Shown piece by piece: positions 10,758-20,794 of a DNA stretch of 64,000 nt (positions are counted from its first letter, which is position 1; each line of letters begins with the position of its first letter). The DNA comes from a virus (lineage: Duplodnaviria; Caudoviricetes): IMG/VR virus record IMGVR_UViG_3300020037_008176, positions 38,305 through 102,304 of that record; one strand, written 5' to 3'. The notes beneath the pieces were generated by a model. That model was not told the DNA's origin and did no database searches. It saw only the letters and a list, made by a program, of their open reading frames with translations. The translations under genes and the position numbers were made by a program.

Positions 10758-11204
10758 ATGGAAAATCAAAAATGTTCAATTTGTAAAAATGAATTTCCTG
10801 CTACCTTAGAATATTTTGGTAAACACGGACGTAGAGGATTAGATACTTATTGTAAGGATTGTAGACATAAAAAAACAAAACAATATTACTATGACAATAA
10901 GAAAAAAATGAAATCTCAATCTATAGCTTGGAAAAAATCCCAACGTCAAAAAATTAATGAGTATAAAGATTCTTTAAGTTGTTTAAAATGTAAAGAAAAT
11001 AAAAATTGGCTTTTGGATTTTCATCATATTGATCCTTCTAAAAAAGATTTTCAAATAAGTCAAGGTGAAGCAAAAGGTTGGGAAAAAATAAAACAAGAAA
11101 TAAAAAAATGTGTGGTTTTATGTTCAAATTGTCATAGAGATTTTCACTATTTAGAAAAATTAAATAATATAACAATCCAAGAATATTTGGATAACCAAAT
11201 TTAA
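10758..11204 (+). CDS. Free-standing HNH endonuclease with Zn ribbons
   Basis: CxxC pairs, LDFHHIDP, KCVVLCSNCHR. Confidence 0.88.
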   Translation: MENQKCSICKNEFPATLEYFGKHGRRGLDTYCKDCRHKKTKQYYYDNKKKMKSQSIAWKKSQRQKINEYKDSLSCLKCKENKNWLLDFHHIDPSKKDFQISQGEAKGWEKIKQEIKKCVVLCSNCHRDFHYLEKLNNITIQEYLDNQI

Positions 11205-11237
11205 AAATATATTATTAACTCATAAAGATTAAAAATC

Positions 11238-11549
11238 ATGATTAACATTAATTGGATATTTGATAGTACTTGGGGTAATGGATTAAACCACGATTGGGAA
11301 GCCCTAAAAAAAGAAGGTACAGTAACTGAAACTACCGAAGAAAAAAATGGATTTAAAACCATTATAAAAACTTTTGTTTCATTTGATGGGGAGACAAAAA
11401 TTACTTCATCCGAATCAATTTCTATAGTTGATGAAACTAAGAGTAAAATAAGTGAAATAAATAAACAAATTGAAACGGCTGTTAGAGATGAAAATTATGA
11501 ATTAGCTGCTCAATTGAAAAAAGAAAAAGAAACATTATTAAAAAAATAA
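11238..11549 (+). CDS. UvrB/UvrC (UVR) motif protein
   Basis: C-terminal AVRDENYELAAQLK. Confidence 0.75.
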   Translation: MININWIFDSTWGNGLNHDWEALKKEGTVTETTEEKNGFKTIIKTFVSFDGETKITSSESISIVDETKSKISEINKQIETAVRDENYELAAQLKKEKETLLKK

Positions 11550-11551
11550 AT

Positions 11552-11800
11552 ATGAAACAAGTATTATACTTCTCAGCAAATTGGTGTTCTGCATGCCAAT
11601 CAACAACCCCAAGTATTGACCAACTAAAAAAATCAGGTAGAGCTCAAGTAGCTAAAGTAGATACTGATTATGATATATCATTGGTAGAACAATATAGTGT
11701 AAAAAGTGTTCCTACTACCATTATTTTAGAAAATGGTAAAGAAATTAATAGACACACTGGAGCATTATCATTAGAACAATTAAATAATCTTATAAAATAA
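11552..11800 (+). CDS. trxA: Thioredoxin
   Basis: FSANWCSAC, VKSVPT. Confidence 0.9.
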   Translation: MKQVLYFSANWCSACQSTTPSIDQLKKSGRAQVAKVDTDYDISLVEQYSVKSVPTTIILENGKEINRHTGALSLEQLNNLIK

Positions 11801-12282
11801 TGGCTTACAGATATCTCTCAGCTAAAAATTTTGATAATTTCTCAGTAGCATTAAGACAACACAAAGCTCAACACTCTCATTGTCAATTGTTACATGGATA
11901 TGCTTTTGAAATAAAAGTATGGTTTGCTTCTAACGAAGAAGAAATTGATAAACAATTAGACGATATGAATTGGATTGTGGATTATGGTTCATTTAAAAAA
12001 CCACCACAAGGAAATGGATTAAGAGAATGGTTAGACCAACAATTTGATCATACAACTCTTATTGAAAAAGATGACCCATGTTTAGATATATTTCAACAAT
12101 TAGAACAAATGGGAATTTGTAAATTAATTGTAATGGATAAAATGGGAGCTGAATCAGTTGCCAAATTAGTTTTTGAAAAATTTAATGAAAGATTATCTAA
12201 AACTGATGCTGGTCGTTGTAAAGTGGTTAAAGTAGAAGTATTTGAAAATAAAAATAACAGTTCAATTTACGAAGAAATATGA
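11800..12282 (+). CDS. queD: 6-carboxy-5,6,7,8-tetrahydropterin synthase
   Basis: HCQLLHGY, FDHT, AE, VFENKNN; que gene context. Confidence 0.92.
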   Translation: MAYRYLSAKNFDNFSVALRQHKAQHSHCQLLHGYAFEIKVWFASNEEEIDKQLDDMNWIVDYGSFKKPPQGNGLREWLDQQFDHTTLIEKDDPCLDIFQQLEQMGICKLIVMDKMGAESVAKLVFEKFNERLSKTDAGRCKVVKVEVFENKNNSSIYEEI

Positions 12283-12485
12283 GTAAAATAAAAGAAATGG
12301 AATCTAAATTTAATTTTCGATTTAATGAAAATAATAAATTTCATATTTCATTGTTTACGTTTTATAAAAAAACAGGATTTCTAACAGAAAAACAAATTAA
12401 TAGAATCAAACATCCTTTAGTAGTAGATACTAGTCGAGGTTTTAGTTCTGATTTAGACAGAGAATATCAAACAGCTAATTTTTAA
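12279..12485 (+). CDS. Hypothetical protein
   Basis: 68-aa ORF overlapping the queD stop. Confidence 0.65.
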   Translation: MSKIKEMESKFNFRFNENNKFHISLFTFYKKTGFLTEKQINRIKHPLVVDTSRGFSSDLDREYQTANF

Positions 12486-12538
12486 TCGATTAATTGAACA
12501 AAAATTAAAATCCATAATATGTATAATAAAATACAATT

Positions 12539-13228
12539 ATGAAAGTAAAACATTATGTTTATAAAATTGTTAATTTAAAAAACAATAAGATTTATATTGG
12601 AGTTAGGACTCACCCCAATCCTGAATTAGATAATTATATGGGAAGCGGAACTTGTATACAAAATGTAATAGAAATTGAAGGTATAGAAAATTTTAAAAAA
12701 GAAATATTAAAATATTTCAATACAAGAGAAGAAGCCGAAAATTATGAATCTTCTTTATTAACAGAGGAATTTTGTAACAGCCCTAAAACCTATAATATTC
12801 AACAAACTAGTAGATTTAACGATAAAATGCATGGTTTTAGAAAAGATTTATGGTATGATTATTATAACGAAATTAGAAATAAATATATTAATGGAGAAAC
12901 ATTACCCAATCTTGGAAAACAATATAAATGTGATAAAGGAACAATCAGAATTATATGTTCAGATATAAAAAGAACTAATTCTGAATCACAAAGAATAAGA
13001 TTTAATAAATGTATAACATCCGGGGCAAGAGATACTGAATTTGATAAACTTCATTTAAAAAAATTATTGGAGTTATATAATGTAGAAAAGTGGAGTGTAA
13101 ATCGAATTGCCACATATTTTAAGAAAAGTTGTTCTTTTATAGATAGAAGATTAAAAGAACAAAACATAATAAAAAGAGCTAGAAAAGAAAATAACGAAAA
13201 ACCATTTAAAAACAGAAAACATGGCTAA
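12539..13228 (+). CDS. Free-standing GIY-YIG (Seg-like) homing endonuclease
   Basis: YVYKIVNLKNNKIYIGVR, YMGSG, ENFKKEIL, YN. Confidence 0.9.
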   Translation: MKVKHYVYKIVNLKNNKIYIGVRTHPNPELDNYMGSGTCIQNVIEIEGIENFKKEILKYFNTREEAENYESSLLTEEFCNSPKTYNIQQTSRFNDKMHGFRKDLWYDYYNEIRNKYINGETLPNLGKQYKCDKGTIRIICSDIKRTNSESQRIRFNKCITSGARDTEFDKLHLKKLLELYNVEKWSVNRIATYFKKSCSFIDRRLKEQNIIKRARKENNEKPFKNRKHG

Positions 13229-14117
13229 ACTTAATTCAAATACTTTATTAATATCATCAGATTTCTTTTCTTGTCAAGGCGAAGGAAAATCAACAGGTAT
13301 CCCTTCATATTTTGTTCGTTTAGGGTTGTGTAATTTAAATTGTGGAATGTCACGTTTATTTACTAATAAACTTTTAAAAGAAAAATCATTAGAAGATGGA
13401 GAAATATTTAAAGGTGATTTAGAAACAGAAGGTAAAGCAACTTGGACTTGTGATAGTACATCTCAATGGTTATGGAGAGGAGTAGATCAAGATTTTGATT
13501 ATCTAATTAATCAATGGAAAGAACAAGATATATATGAAGATATTAAAAATGGTATTATTCATATAATTTGGACAGGTGGAGAACCTACTTTACCAAAACA
13601 TCAAGAAGCAATTTTTGAATTTAGTAAATATTGGGCACACCAAAATGGAGGAATTTTAGAAAATTTAAATATGGATACTACAGATGTTTTACATCATTTT
13701 ATGGAATCTGTAAAGCCAAAAAATGCTTTTTATGAAATTGAAACCAATGGAACCCAATATATAAATAAATATTTATTTAGAATTCTTGATCAAATAAATT
13801 GCTCCCCAAAACTTTCTAACTCAGGAATGAGTACCAAACAACGTATAAATTCTGAAGCCATTAAACGTATAATGGAACATCCAAATTACCAATTCAAATT
13901 TGTTATATCAAATGAAGATGATATTAAAGAAATGTTTAAAGATTTTATCGAACCATTTAATATACCACTTAAAAATGTTGTTTGTATGCCTGGAATGGAT
14001 TCACAAACACAATTTCATGAAAGAACACAATGGTGTTTAGAAATGGCTAAAAAATATAAATTTAGAGGAATGACAAGATTACACATCTCAGCTTGGGATA
14101 AAACTTTAAACGTTTAA
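13221..14117 (+). CDS. queE: 7-carboxy-7-deazaguanine synthase (radical SAM)
   Basis: F.S.QGEG, FVRLGLCNLNC..WTCDS, TGGEP, EIETNGT, CSPKL, RLH. Confidence 0.92.
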   Translation: MAKLNSNTLLISSDFFSCQGEGKSTGIPSYFVRLGLCNLNCGMSRLFTNKLLKEKSLEDGEIFKGDLETEGKATWTCDSTSQWLWRGVDQDFDYLINQWKEQDIYEDIKNGIIHIIWTGGEPTLPKHQEAIFEFSKYWAHQNGGILENLNMDTTDVLHHFMESVKPKNAFYEIETNGTQYINKYLFRILDQINCSPKLSNSGMSTKQRINSEAIKRIMEHPNYQFKFVISNEDDIKEMFKDFIEPFNIPLKNVVCMPGMDSQTQFHERTQWCLEMAKKYKFRGMTRLHISAWDKTLNV

Positions 14118-14118
14118 C

Positions 14119-14259
14119 ATGCACGAATTATTTCACATAATAGGTCTTTGCCCAGAAAGTTTGTCTCATCCAAATTTTCTTAATATATTGATTTCAAATT
14201 ATCAAGAAATTATAAATTTAATAAATAAAGGTTATGAAAAGTATAAAAATTTGGATTAA
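14119..14259 (+). CDS. Small hypothetical protein (46 aa), below ORF-track cutoff
   Basis: MHELFHIIGLCPESLSHPN..; fills the gap directly after the queE stop. Confidence 0.5.
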   Translation: MHELFHIIGLCPESLSHPNFLNILISNYQEIINLINKGYEKYKNLD

Positions 14260-14644
14260 ATGGAAATTTTATAGATGGAAAGCTTATTTAAATAAAAAAG
14301 CTTCTAGTAAAAGAAATCTACAAGTCGATGAAAAATTAATAAAAAGTGTAGTGGTAAAAATCTCTTCAAATGAAAAGAATCTAATTTTAATCTCACCACT
14401 TTCAAAAACAATTTATCTTCAAACATCTAATAAAGATTATACTATTGTATTAGAAGAACACAAAATAAAAATAACAAATCACCAATTATTTATTGAATCT
14501 CAAATTGATGAATTTTTTAGTAGAGAATTATTTAATATAGTATATCACTATGTTGAAAAATTCCGTCTTCAATTGAATAAAGAAATATTCAATAATGAAG
14601 TTGATGGATTAAATTATATGTTAAATCAATTAAATAAAAATTAA
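14234..14644 (+). CDS. Hypothetical protein
   Basis: 136-aa ORF with AAAGGTTATG start context. Confidence 0.75.
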   Translation: MKSIKIWIKWKFYRWKAYLNKKASSKRNLQVDEKLIKSVVVKISSNEKNLILISPLSKTIYLQTSNKDYTIVLEEHKIKITNHQLFIESQIDEFFSRELFNIVYHYVEKFRLQLNKEIFNNEVDGLNYMLNQLNKN

Positions 14645-14649
14645 ATTTT

Positions 14650-15279
14650 ATGTTAAAAAAAGCAAACGAAAACCAATTCCGCTCATCAGAAGAAATTGAA
14701 AAAATGATAGAGGAAGCAACTAAACATTATGGAAGTTTTTTAAATTCACTAGGATGGGATTATCTAGCTGATAGACAAACAATCGATACTCCTAAACGTG
14801 TAGCTAAGGCTTGGTTAAAAGATTTAGTATTAGGTTCAGTAACTAAAGAACCATCAATGACAGTATTTCCAAACGAAGAAAATTATGATGGAGTAGTTAT
14901 TCAAACAGGTATTCCAGTAGTTAGTTTATGTGCTCACCACAATTTACCTTTTACAGGTTATGCTTCTGTAGCATATGTACCAGGTGAAAAAGTAGTAGGT
15001 TTAAGTAAATTAAATCGTGTTGTTGATTGGTTTGCTCGTAGACCACAAATGCAAGAGTCATTAACTCAACAAATTCATGAATTTTTATCTAAAAAATTAG
15101 ATTGCCCATCAGTAGCAGTTAGTATTGCTTCTAAACATATGTGTTGTTCAAATCGTGGGATTAAACATCCAACATCAACTATGACTACTAATAAATTTAG
15201 TGGTGTGTTTATGGAACCAAATAACTTAATTCGTGAAGAATTTTTACAAGCAATAATGAAAAACGGAAAAGATTTTTAA
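14650..15279 (+). CDS. folE: GTP cyclohydrolase I
   Basis: TPKRVAK, SLCAHHNLPF, GLSKLNR, QMQE, HMC. Confidence 0.96.
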   Translation: MLKKANENQFRSSEEIEKMIEEATKHYGSFLNSLGWDYLADRQTIDTPKRVAKAWLKDLVLGSVTKEPSMTVFPNEENYDGVVIQTGIPVVSLCAHHNLPFTGYASVAYVPGEKVVGLSKLNRVVDWFARRPQMQESLTQQIHEFLSKKLDCPSVAVSIASKHMCCSNRGIKHPTSTMTTNKFSGVFMEPNNLIREEFLQAIMKNGKDF

Positions 15280-15283
15280 TCAA

Positions 15284-15760
15284 ATGATGGAATTAGTAAC
15301 AACTTACATATGTAAAGTTTCTGACATTGGCGTTCATTCCAATATGTTTGGAGGAACTATTTTAGGATTAGTAGACCAAAGTTCAGGAGCTTATGCTTCT
15401 CAAATTTGTGATACACCTAAAATGGTTACCATCAAAATTGATGAATTGGTTTTTAAAAACCCCGTAAAAGAAGGAAACATTATTAAAATATATGCTACTG
15501 TAAAAGAATTCGGAAATACATCCGTTACCATGTATACAGAAGTAAGAAAACACAATGTTTATACAGGTAAACAAGAAGTAGTATTACATACCAATATCAA
15601 ATTTGTAAGAATAGACGAAGAAGGACATCCAATTCCAATTTCGGAACGTGTTAAAAAGCGTTATGAAACAAGAATTGAAAAATATGGTAAAGGTCTTCTA
15701 GATTCTGAAGAAAGGAAATTGGAAAATTTTAATGATGTTATAGCCAAATCTAATATATAA
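15284..15760 (+). CDS. Acyl-CoA thioesterase (HotDog fold)
   Basis: NMFGG..L..VD, VT..IDELVF..PV..G, GNTS, FVRIDEEGHP. Confidence 0.85.
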   Translation: MMELVTTYICKVSDIGVHSNMFGGTILGLVDQSSGAYASQICDTPKMVTIKIDELVFKNPVKEGNIIKIYATVKEFGNTSVTMYTEVRKHNVYTGKQEVVLHTNIKFVRIDEEGHPIPISERVKKRYETRIEKYGKGLLDSEERKLENFNDVIAKSNI

Positions 15761-16257
15761 TGAATCCTGCTGATTTAGTAACTCCATCACTAATAAATTA
15801 TTGTTCAAATATGAATACAATAGTAGTGTGTGGATTTACAAAAACAGGGAAAATTACATTAGCAAATAAATTAGCCAAAGAATTAAATAGAAAAATATTC
15901 TTATCAGATGATTATCAGTTTGTAGATCCTAATGAATCATTATATGCTTTTATGAAAGATATAATTCCATTTCATCAAAATAAAACTCCTATTATTGTAG
16001 AAGGAATATTATGTTTTAGATTATTGAGAAAAGGTATTCAAGAAAGTTTATTTTTTCCTGATTTAATATTAAAAACAAATTGTAATGAATCTACTATTCG
16101 ATATTTTTATAATAAAGATAGAGAAGAACACAAAATAGAAAGAGCCTTATCTTTTAATAAAGGATTAGATAAAATTTGGAATGAATATTTAGATTTATTA
16201 TCTAAAAATCCATGGATTAGAAAACCTCAATATGTTGAATTAAATACATCTTTATAA
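15760..16257 (+). CDS. P-loop nucleotide kinase-like protein
   Basis: VVCGFTKTGKITLA, SDD, IIVEG. Confidence 0.65.
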   Translation: MNPADLVTPSLINYCSNMNTIVVCGFTKTGKITLANKLAKELNRKIFLSDDYQFVDPNESLYAFMKDIIPFHQNKTPIIVEGILCFRLLRKGIQESLFFPDLILKTNCNESTIRYFYNKDREEHKIERALSFNKGLDKIWNEYLDLLSKNPWIRKPQYVELNTSL

Positions 16258-16258
16258 A

Positions 16259-16417
16259 ATGAACCAAGACGAAATAATCAAATTACAACAAGAATTAATC
16301 GATTTGTATGAACAACAAATTATGGATTTAACCCTAATGTCTAAAATTGAATTAGGTGATGATGTAATTGAAGAAATTAACAGATTAAAAGAATTAATAC
16401 ATGAACAGATTAATTAA
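16259..16417 (+). CDS. Small hypothetical protein (52 aa)
   Basis: MNQDEIIKLQQELIDLYEQQ..; fills the gap; translated by hand. Confidence 0.6.
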   Translation: MNQDEIIKLQQELIDLYEQQIMDLTLMSKIELGDDVIEEINRLKELIHEQIN

Positions 16418-17075
16418 AACACAAGAAGAATTTAACCAATATATGGAAGAAATTCGACTTAGAGGAAAAAGTTTTGAACCAAACCCAACAACAGTAAGTT
16501 TTACTAATGATTCATGGGATAACTTAGAACCATATGATTTTAATAAAGAATATATAAGAATAGTAAAAGAAAATAATCACGAAACAATAGAGCGAATTAT
16601 GAAAGAAAAAAAATATGTACCATTTGTTTCTGAAGTAGAAATATTTAACACTACTTTTGGAAAATTAAACAACGAAACACCTACCACAGATATTCCTGAA
16701 TTTGAGAAGAAATTTATTTATGATTTTATTCTTGAAGAATTAGAAGAATATAAAGAAGCTTATGAAAAAGATGATATCGTAGGTATTGCAGATGCATTTG
16801 GTGATATAATGTATGTCCTTTCTGCTGGGATTTTAGTTTATGGATTAAAAGATAAATTCGAAGATATATTTCAAGAAATCCAAGCTTCAAATATGTCTAA
16901 ATCTTGTTCAACAGAAGAAGAAGCAATTGAAACTGTTAAAGTAAGATCACAAGAAAAAGGTTATGATTGTCACTACGAAAAAGTAGATGATAAATGGATA
17001 GTATATCGTTCTAGTGATAGAAAAGCCCAAAAATCAATCAACTATTTTTCTCCAAATCTTAAAAAATTCATCTAA
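16401..17075 (+). CDS. MazG-like / all-alpha NTP pyrophosphohydrolase
   Basis: ILEELEEY, IADAFGDIMYV, EIQASNMSK. Confidence 0.85.
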   Translation: MNRLIKTQEEFNQYMEEIRLRGKSFEPNPTTVSFTNDSWDNLEPYDFNKEYIRIVKENNHETIERIMKEKKYVPFVSEVEIFNTTFGKLNNETPTTDIPEFEKKFIYDFILEELEEYKEAYEKDDIVGIADAFGDIMYVLSAGILVYGLKDKFEDIFQEIQASNMSKSCSTEEEAIETVKVRSQEKGYDCHYEKVDDKWIVYRSSDRKAQKSINYFSPNLKKFI

Positions 17076-17078
17076 ATA

Positions 17079-19673
17079 ATGTATCAGTCAATCTATTACG
17101 ATTTTCAAACTTATACATATCATTTACGTGATGACAAAATTGGATGGTCTGAATTTAAATATCAACCAACATTTTGGAAACGAGTAAATAATCACCAAGA
17201 AGGTGCCCAACCAGTATTAACCGGAGGTTGGGCTGTTCCTACTAAAAAATTTAATAAAGAAGATTCTAATTTATTAGAAAAAGATATAAATAAAGAATTA
17301 TTAATATTAAGAGAATTATACTACAAATATGATGATGTAGTACCTTCATTTCATAATATAGTTTATTTCGATATTGAGATTGAAATGGGAGGAGCACTAA
17401 CCCCAGAATATATTAAAGCTGCTCCAATGCCAATTACATCAATTGCTTTAATAGATGTTTCAACCAAAACTAAAATATGTTTTATTACAGATAAAAGTAA
17501 AAAAATCAATGAAACAAATGAAAAGGATGAATATGAAAAAATAATTATTCCTTGTGGTTCGGAGAAAGAATTAGTTAATAAATTTTTTAATAAATGGGAA
17601 GAATTAGATCCAACTATTATAGTAGGATGGAATAGTGCTTATTTCGATGTTCCTTATTTATATTTTAGAATTCAACAAATAATGGGAGATGAAGTATTAA
17701 GACTATCTCCTATAAGAAAAATCAATTATAGAGAATTCATGGGTGAAACCCAAATTACTATAGCTGGGATTAACCATTTAGATTACATGCTTCTTCATAA
17801 AAAATATATTATGAAGGAAGAACCATCATATAAATTAGGAGATATAGGAACTAAATATGTTGGATTAGGAAAAATTGAATATGAAGGAAATTTAAATACT
17901 CTATTTGAATCAGATATTCATAAATTTATTGAATATAACTTTCGAGATGTTGAAATTATTGAAGCATTAGAAAATAAACTGAAATTCATAGATTTAACAA
18001 TCATGATTTCACATATTTGTAACATTCCTTATGAAAGTATATATTATAATACTGTAATGAATGAAGGAGCTATATTAAAATATCTCAAACGAGAAGGAAT
18101 AATTTCTCCTAATAAACCTACAACTCACAATCCAGTTCTAAAAAATGCTAATTCATCTTATGCTGGTGGTTATTTACTAGAACCTATTCCAGGATTGTAT
18201 TTTGATGTAATAGATTTGGATTTTACCTCATTATATCCATCAATTATAAAATCCCTTAATTTAGGAATTGAAACTCTAGTATGTAGAATTAAAGTGGAAA
18301 ATAATCCTACCTATGAACAAAATCATTCATTAGAAAAACTAAAAAAAAGAGACCCTAAAGAACTACTTACTATTGAGAAAGTAAACAATATAAATTATAC
18401 TCTAAAGTCAACTAAAATTAATATTGAAACATTAATTAGACTTATAGAAGAAAATGAATATACCATATCATCATCAGGAGCTATATTTAGAACAGATGAA
18501 AAAAGTGTTGTATCTAAAATATTAGAGGGGTGGTTTGAAAAACGTGAACATTATAGAGGATTAAAGAAAAAAGCAGGTAAAGATGAAGATTGGATTAATT
18601 ACAAATTATATGATTTATTCCAACATGCATTTAAAATCCTTCAAAACGCAATGTATGGTACATTTGCTATTAATGGGTGGAGATATACTGATGGTCATTT
18701 AATCTGTAGTTCAGCAATTACTAATTCGGGACAAAGATTAACTTGTGAATCCATAGATTTTGTAAACCACAAAATAAATAAGGAATTAAATTCCAATAAA
18801 CAACATATTTGTATTTCTGATACAGATTCAATGTATATAGTATTAGGTGATTTATTAAAACATAGATATCCTGATATTAAACCTGAGGAAAAAAACGATA
18901 AAATATTAGAATTAGCATTAGAAATACAGAATGAAGCAAATGATGATTTAAATCGTATTTGTAGAAGTTTATTTAATATTAAACCTGATACTCATTATTT
19001 TCAATTAAAACAAGAAGTAATTTGTGCTGGTGTATTAACTACTGGTAAAAGAAGATATGCGATGTACGTCACTAACAAAGAAGGTGTACCAGTTGAAGAA
19101 TTAGATATGAAAGGACTTGAATTGATGAAGTCTAATATGAATAAATTATTTAAACAATTTGGAGAAAATTTTATTAAAAATATACTTTTTGGTAAAGAAA
19201 AATCCCTAATAGATAATTCAATAGTAGAATTTTATAAAACTCTAAAAACATTAGATCCAAGACAATTAGGTAAACCTACAGGTGTAAAACAAATTAAAAA
19301 CTACCAAATCCCAGCTAAAGCTGGAGACATGTTTTCAGGTTTTATTAAAAAGGCTCCATCAAATACAAAAGCAGCAGTTAGATATAATGATTTATTAAAA
19401 TTTAAAAAATTAGATAAAAAATATGAATCAATTATTGAAGGAGATAAATTATTTATTATTAATTTAAAACAAAATCCTTACCATTTAGAAACTATAGGTT
19501 TACCAAATGCTACTACACCTCCAGAAATTGAAGAGTTTGTTAAAACATATATTGATGTAGATGAAATTTTTGATTCTTTATTAGCTAATAAACTTAAAAA
19601 CTTATATGAAGATTTAAAATGGGATTTCCCACCATTAAACCCAAATGTAAATAAATTTTTCACATTCAACTAA
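17079..19673 (+). CDS. polB: DNA polymerase family B with 3'-5' exonuclease
   Basis: FDIE, GWNSAYFDVPY, YNFRDV, DFTSLYPS, KILQNAMYG, DTDS, KRRY. Confidence 0.97.
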   Translation: MYQSIYYDFQTYTYHLRDDKIGWSEFKYQPTFWKRVNNHQEGAQPVLTGGWAVPTKKFNKEDSNLLEKDINKELLILRELYYKYDDVVPSFHNIVYFDIEIEMGGALTPEYIKAAPMPITSIALIDVSTKTKICFITDKSKKINETNEKDEYEKIIIPCGSEKELVNKFFNKWEELDPTIIVGWNSAYFDVPYLYFRIQQIMGDEVLRLSPIRKINYREFMGETQITIAGINHLDYMLLHKKYIMKEEPSYKLGDIGTKYVGLGKIEYEGNLNTLFESDIHKFIEYNFRDVEIIEALENKLKFIDLTIMISHICNIPYESIYYNTVMNEGAILKYLKREGIISPNKPTTHNPVLKNANSSYAGGYLLEPIPGLYFDVIDLDFTSLYPSIIKSLNLGIETLVCRIKVENNPTYEQNHSLEKLKKRDPKELLTIEKVNNINYTLKSTKINIETLIRLIEENEYTISSSGAIFRTDEKSVVSKILEGWFEKREHYRGLKKKAGKDEDWINYKLYDLFQHAFKILQNAMYGTFAINGWRYTDGHLICSSAITNSGQRLTCESIDFVNHKINKELNSNKQHICISDTDSMYIVLGDLLKHRYPDIKPEEKNDKILELALEIQNEANDDLNRICRSLFNIKPDTHYFQLKQEVICAGVLTTGKRRYAMYVTNKEGVPVEELDMKGLELMKSNMNKLFKQFGENFIKNILFGKEKSLIDNSIVEFYKTLKTLDPRQLGKPTGVKQIKNYQIPAKAGDMFSGFIKKAPSNTKAAVRYNDLLKFKKLDKKYESIIEGDKLFIINLKQNPYHLETIGLPNATTPPEIEEFVKTYIDVDEIFDSLLANKLKNLYEDLKWDFPPLNPNVNKFFTFN

Positions 19674-19680
19674 AAATTAT

Positions 19681-20421
19681 ATGATATCAAAATTAGAATT
19701 ACAAAGTGTTATAAATAAATACTATTTAAATGGACTTATTGAATCAGTTAAATGGGATATAAAAGATAATCAACTATCCATTAAATATACAGCTCCAACT
19801 AAAGAAATGTTAGGAGAAATTACCCATACCAACTTTAATTTAGAAAATTCTACTGTAGGTATTAGTAATACTTCTCAATTACTAAAATTAATCAACATTA
19901 CTAGTGGAGAAATAATGTTAAATTATATAAAAAATAATAGAGTATTTTCTAAACTTATTATATCTGATAATCAATTTACTGTTAATTATACATTAGCTGA
20001 TACATTAACAATATCAAAATCAGGAACATATAATGGGAGTGAAGAGTATGAATTATCTACTCCATTAAATAAAGAAATTATTTCTGCTTTAATCAAAGCA
20101 AAATCTGCTCTAGATGAAAGTAAAACAGTAGTAATTAAACCATATATGGGTTTAGATGGAGATTCTCAATTAGAATTTATTTTTGGAGGAGATATAGAAT
20201 ACTCCAATAAAGTTTCATATTATTTAACAAATATTAAAGTTACATCTACTATTCTAGATTTCACATTAGGTTTCAACTCAGATTTATTCAAAGAAATCCT
20301 TACAGCTAATAAAGATATAGATGAAGCTAATTTATCTATTAATCTAGATGGTTTAATGAAACTAGAATTCAAATCAAATAACATTAAAAGTGTATATTAT
20401 TTAGTTAAAAAAGATATTTAA
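19681..20421 (+). CDS. Sliding clamp (gp45/PCNA-like)
   Basis: 246 aa, directly after polB, C-terminal GLMKLEF..SVYYLV. Confidence 0.7.
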   Translation: MISKLELQSVINKYYLNGLIESVKWDIKDNQLSIKYTAPTKEMLGEITHTNFNLENSTVGISNTSQLLKLINITSGEIMLNYIKNNRVFSKLIISDNQFTVNYTLADTLTISKSGTYNGSEEYELSTPLNKEIISALIKAKSALDESKTVVIKPYMGLDGDSQLEFIFGGDIEYSNKVSYYLTNIKVTSTILDFTLGFNSDLFKEILTANKDIDEANLSINLDGLMKLEFKSNNIKSVYYLVKKDI

Positions 20422-20487
20422 ACTTGACTACTAGATAAAAATTTTATATATTAATTAAAATAAAAAATAACCAAAAAAATAATTTAT

Positions 20488-20772
20488 ATGTTAAAAGCAG
20501 TTTTCAATTCAATTATTGTTAAGCCCCAAGAACAAGATGAAACCACTTATGGTTCAATTATAGTTCCAGATTTAGGTAAAGAAAAAGGATTAAGAGGAAC
20601 CATAATATCTGTAGGAGAAGGATATCATTCAGCAACTGGAACATTTGTTGAATCAACACTTAAAGTAGGACAACAAGTAATTTTACCTTCAATAGGTCCT
20701 ACTAAAATAGAAGATGATGGTCAAGAATATTGGTCATGTTCTGAAAACCAAGTATTAGCTATTGTAGAATAA
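20488..20772 (+). CDS. groES: Co-chaperonin GroES
   Basis: GSIIVPD, GTIISVGEG, LKVG, E..VLAIVE. Confidence 0.92.
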   Translation: MLKAVFNSIIVKPQEQDETTYGSIIVPDLGKEKGLRGTIISVGEGYHSATGTFVESTLKVGQQVILPSIGPTKIEDDGQEYWSCSENQVLAIVE

Positions 20773-20794
20773 TTAAAAAATATAAAACAAATTT

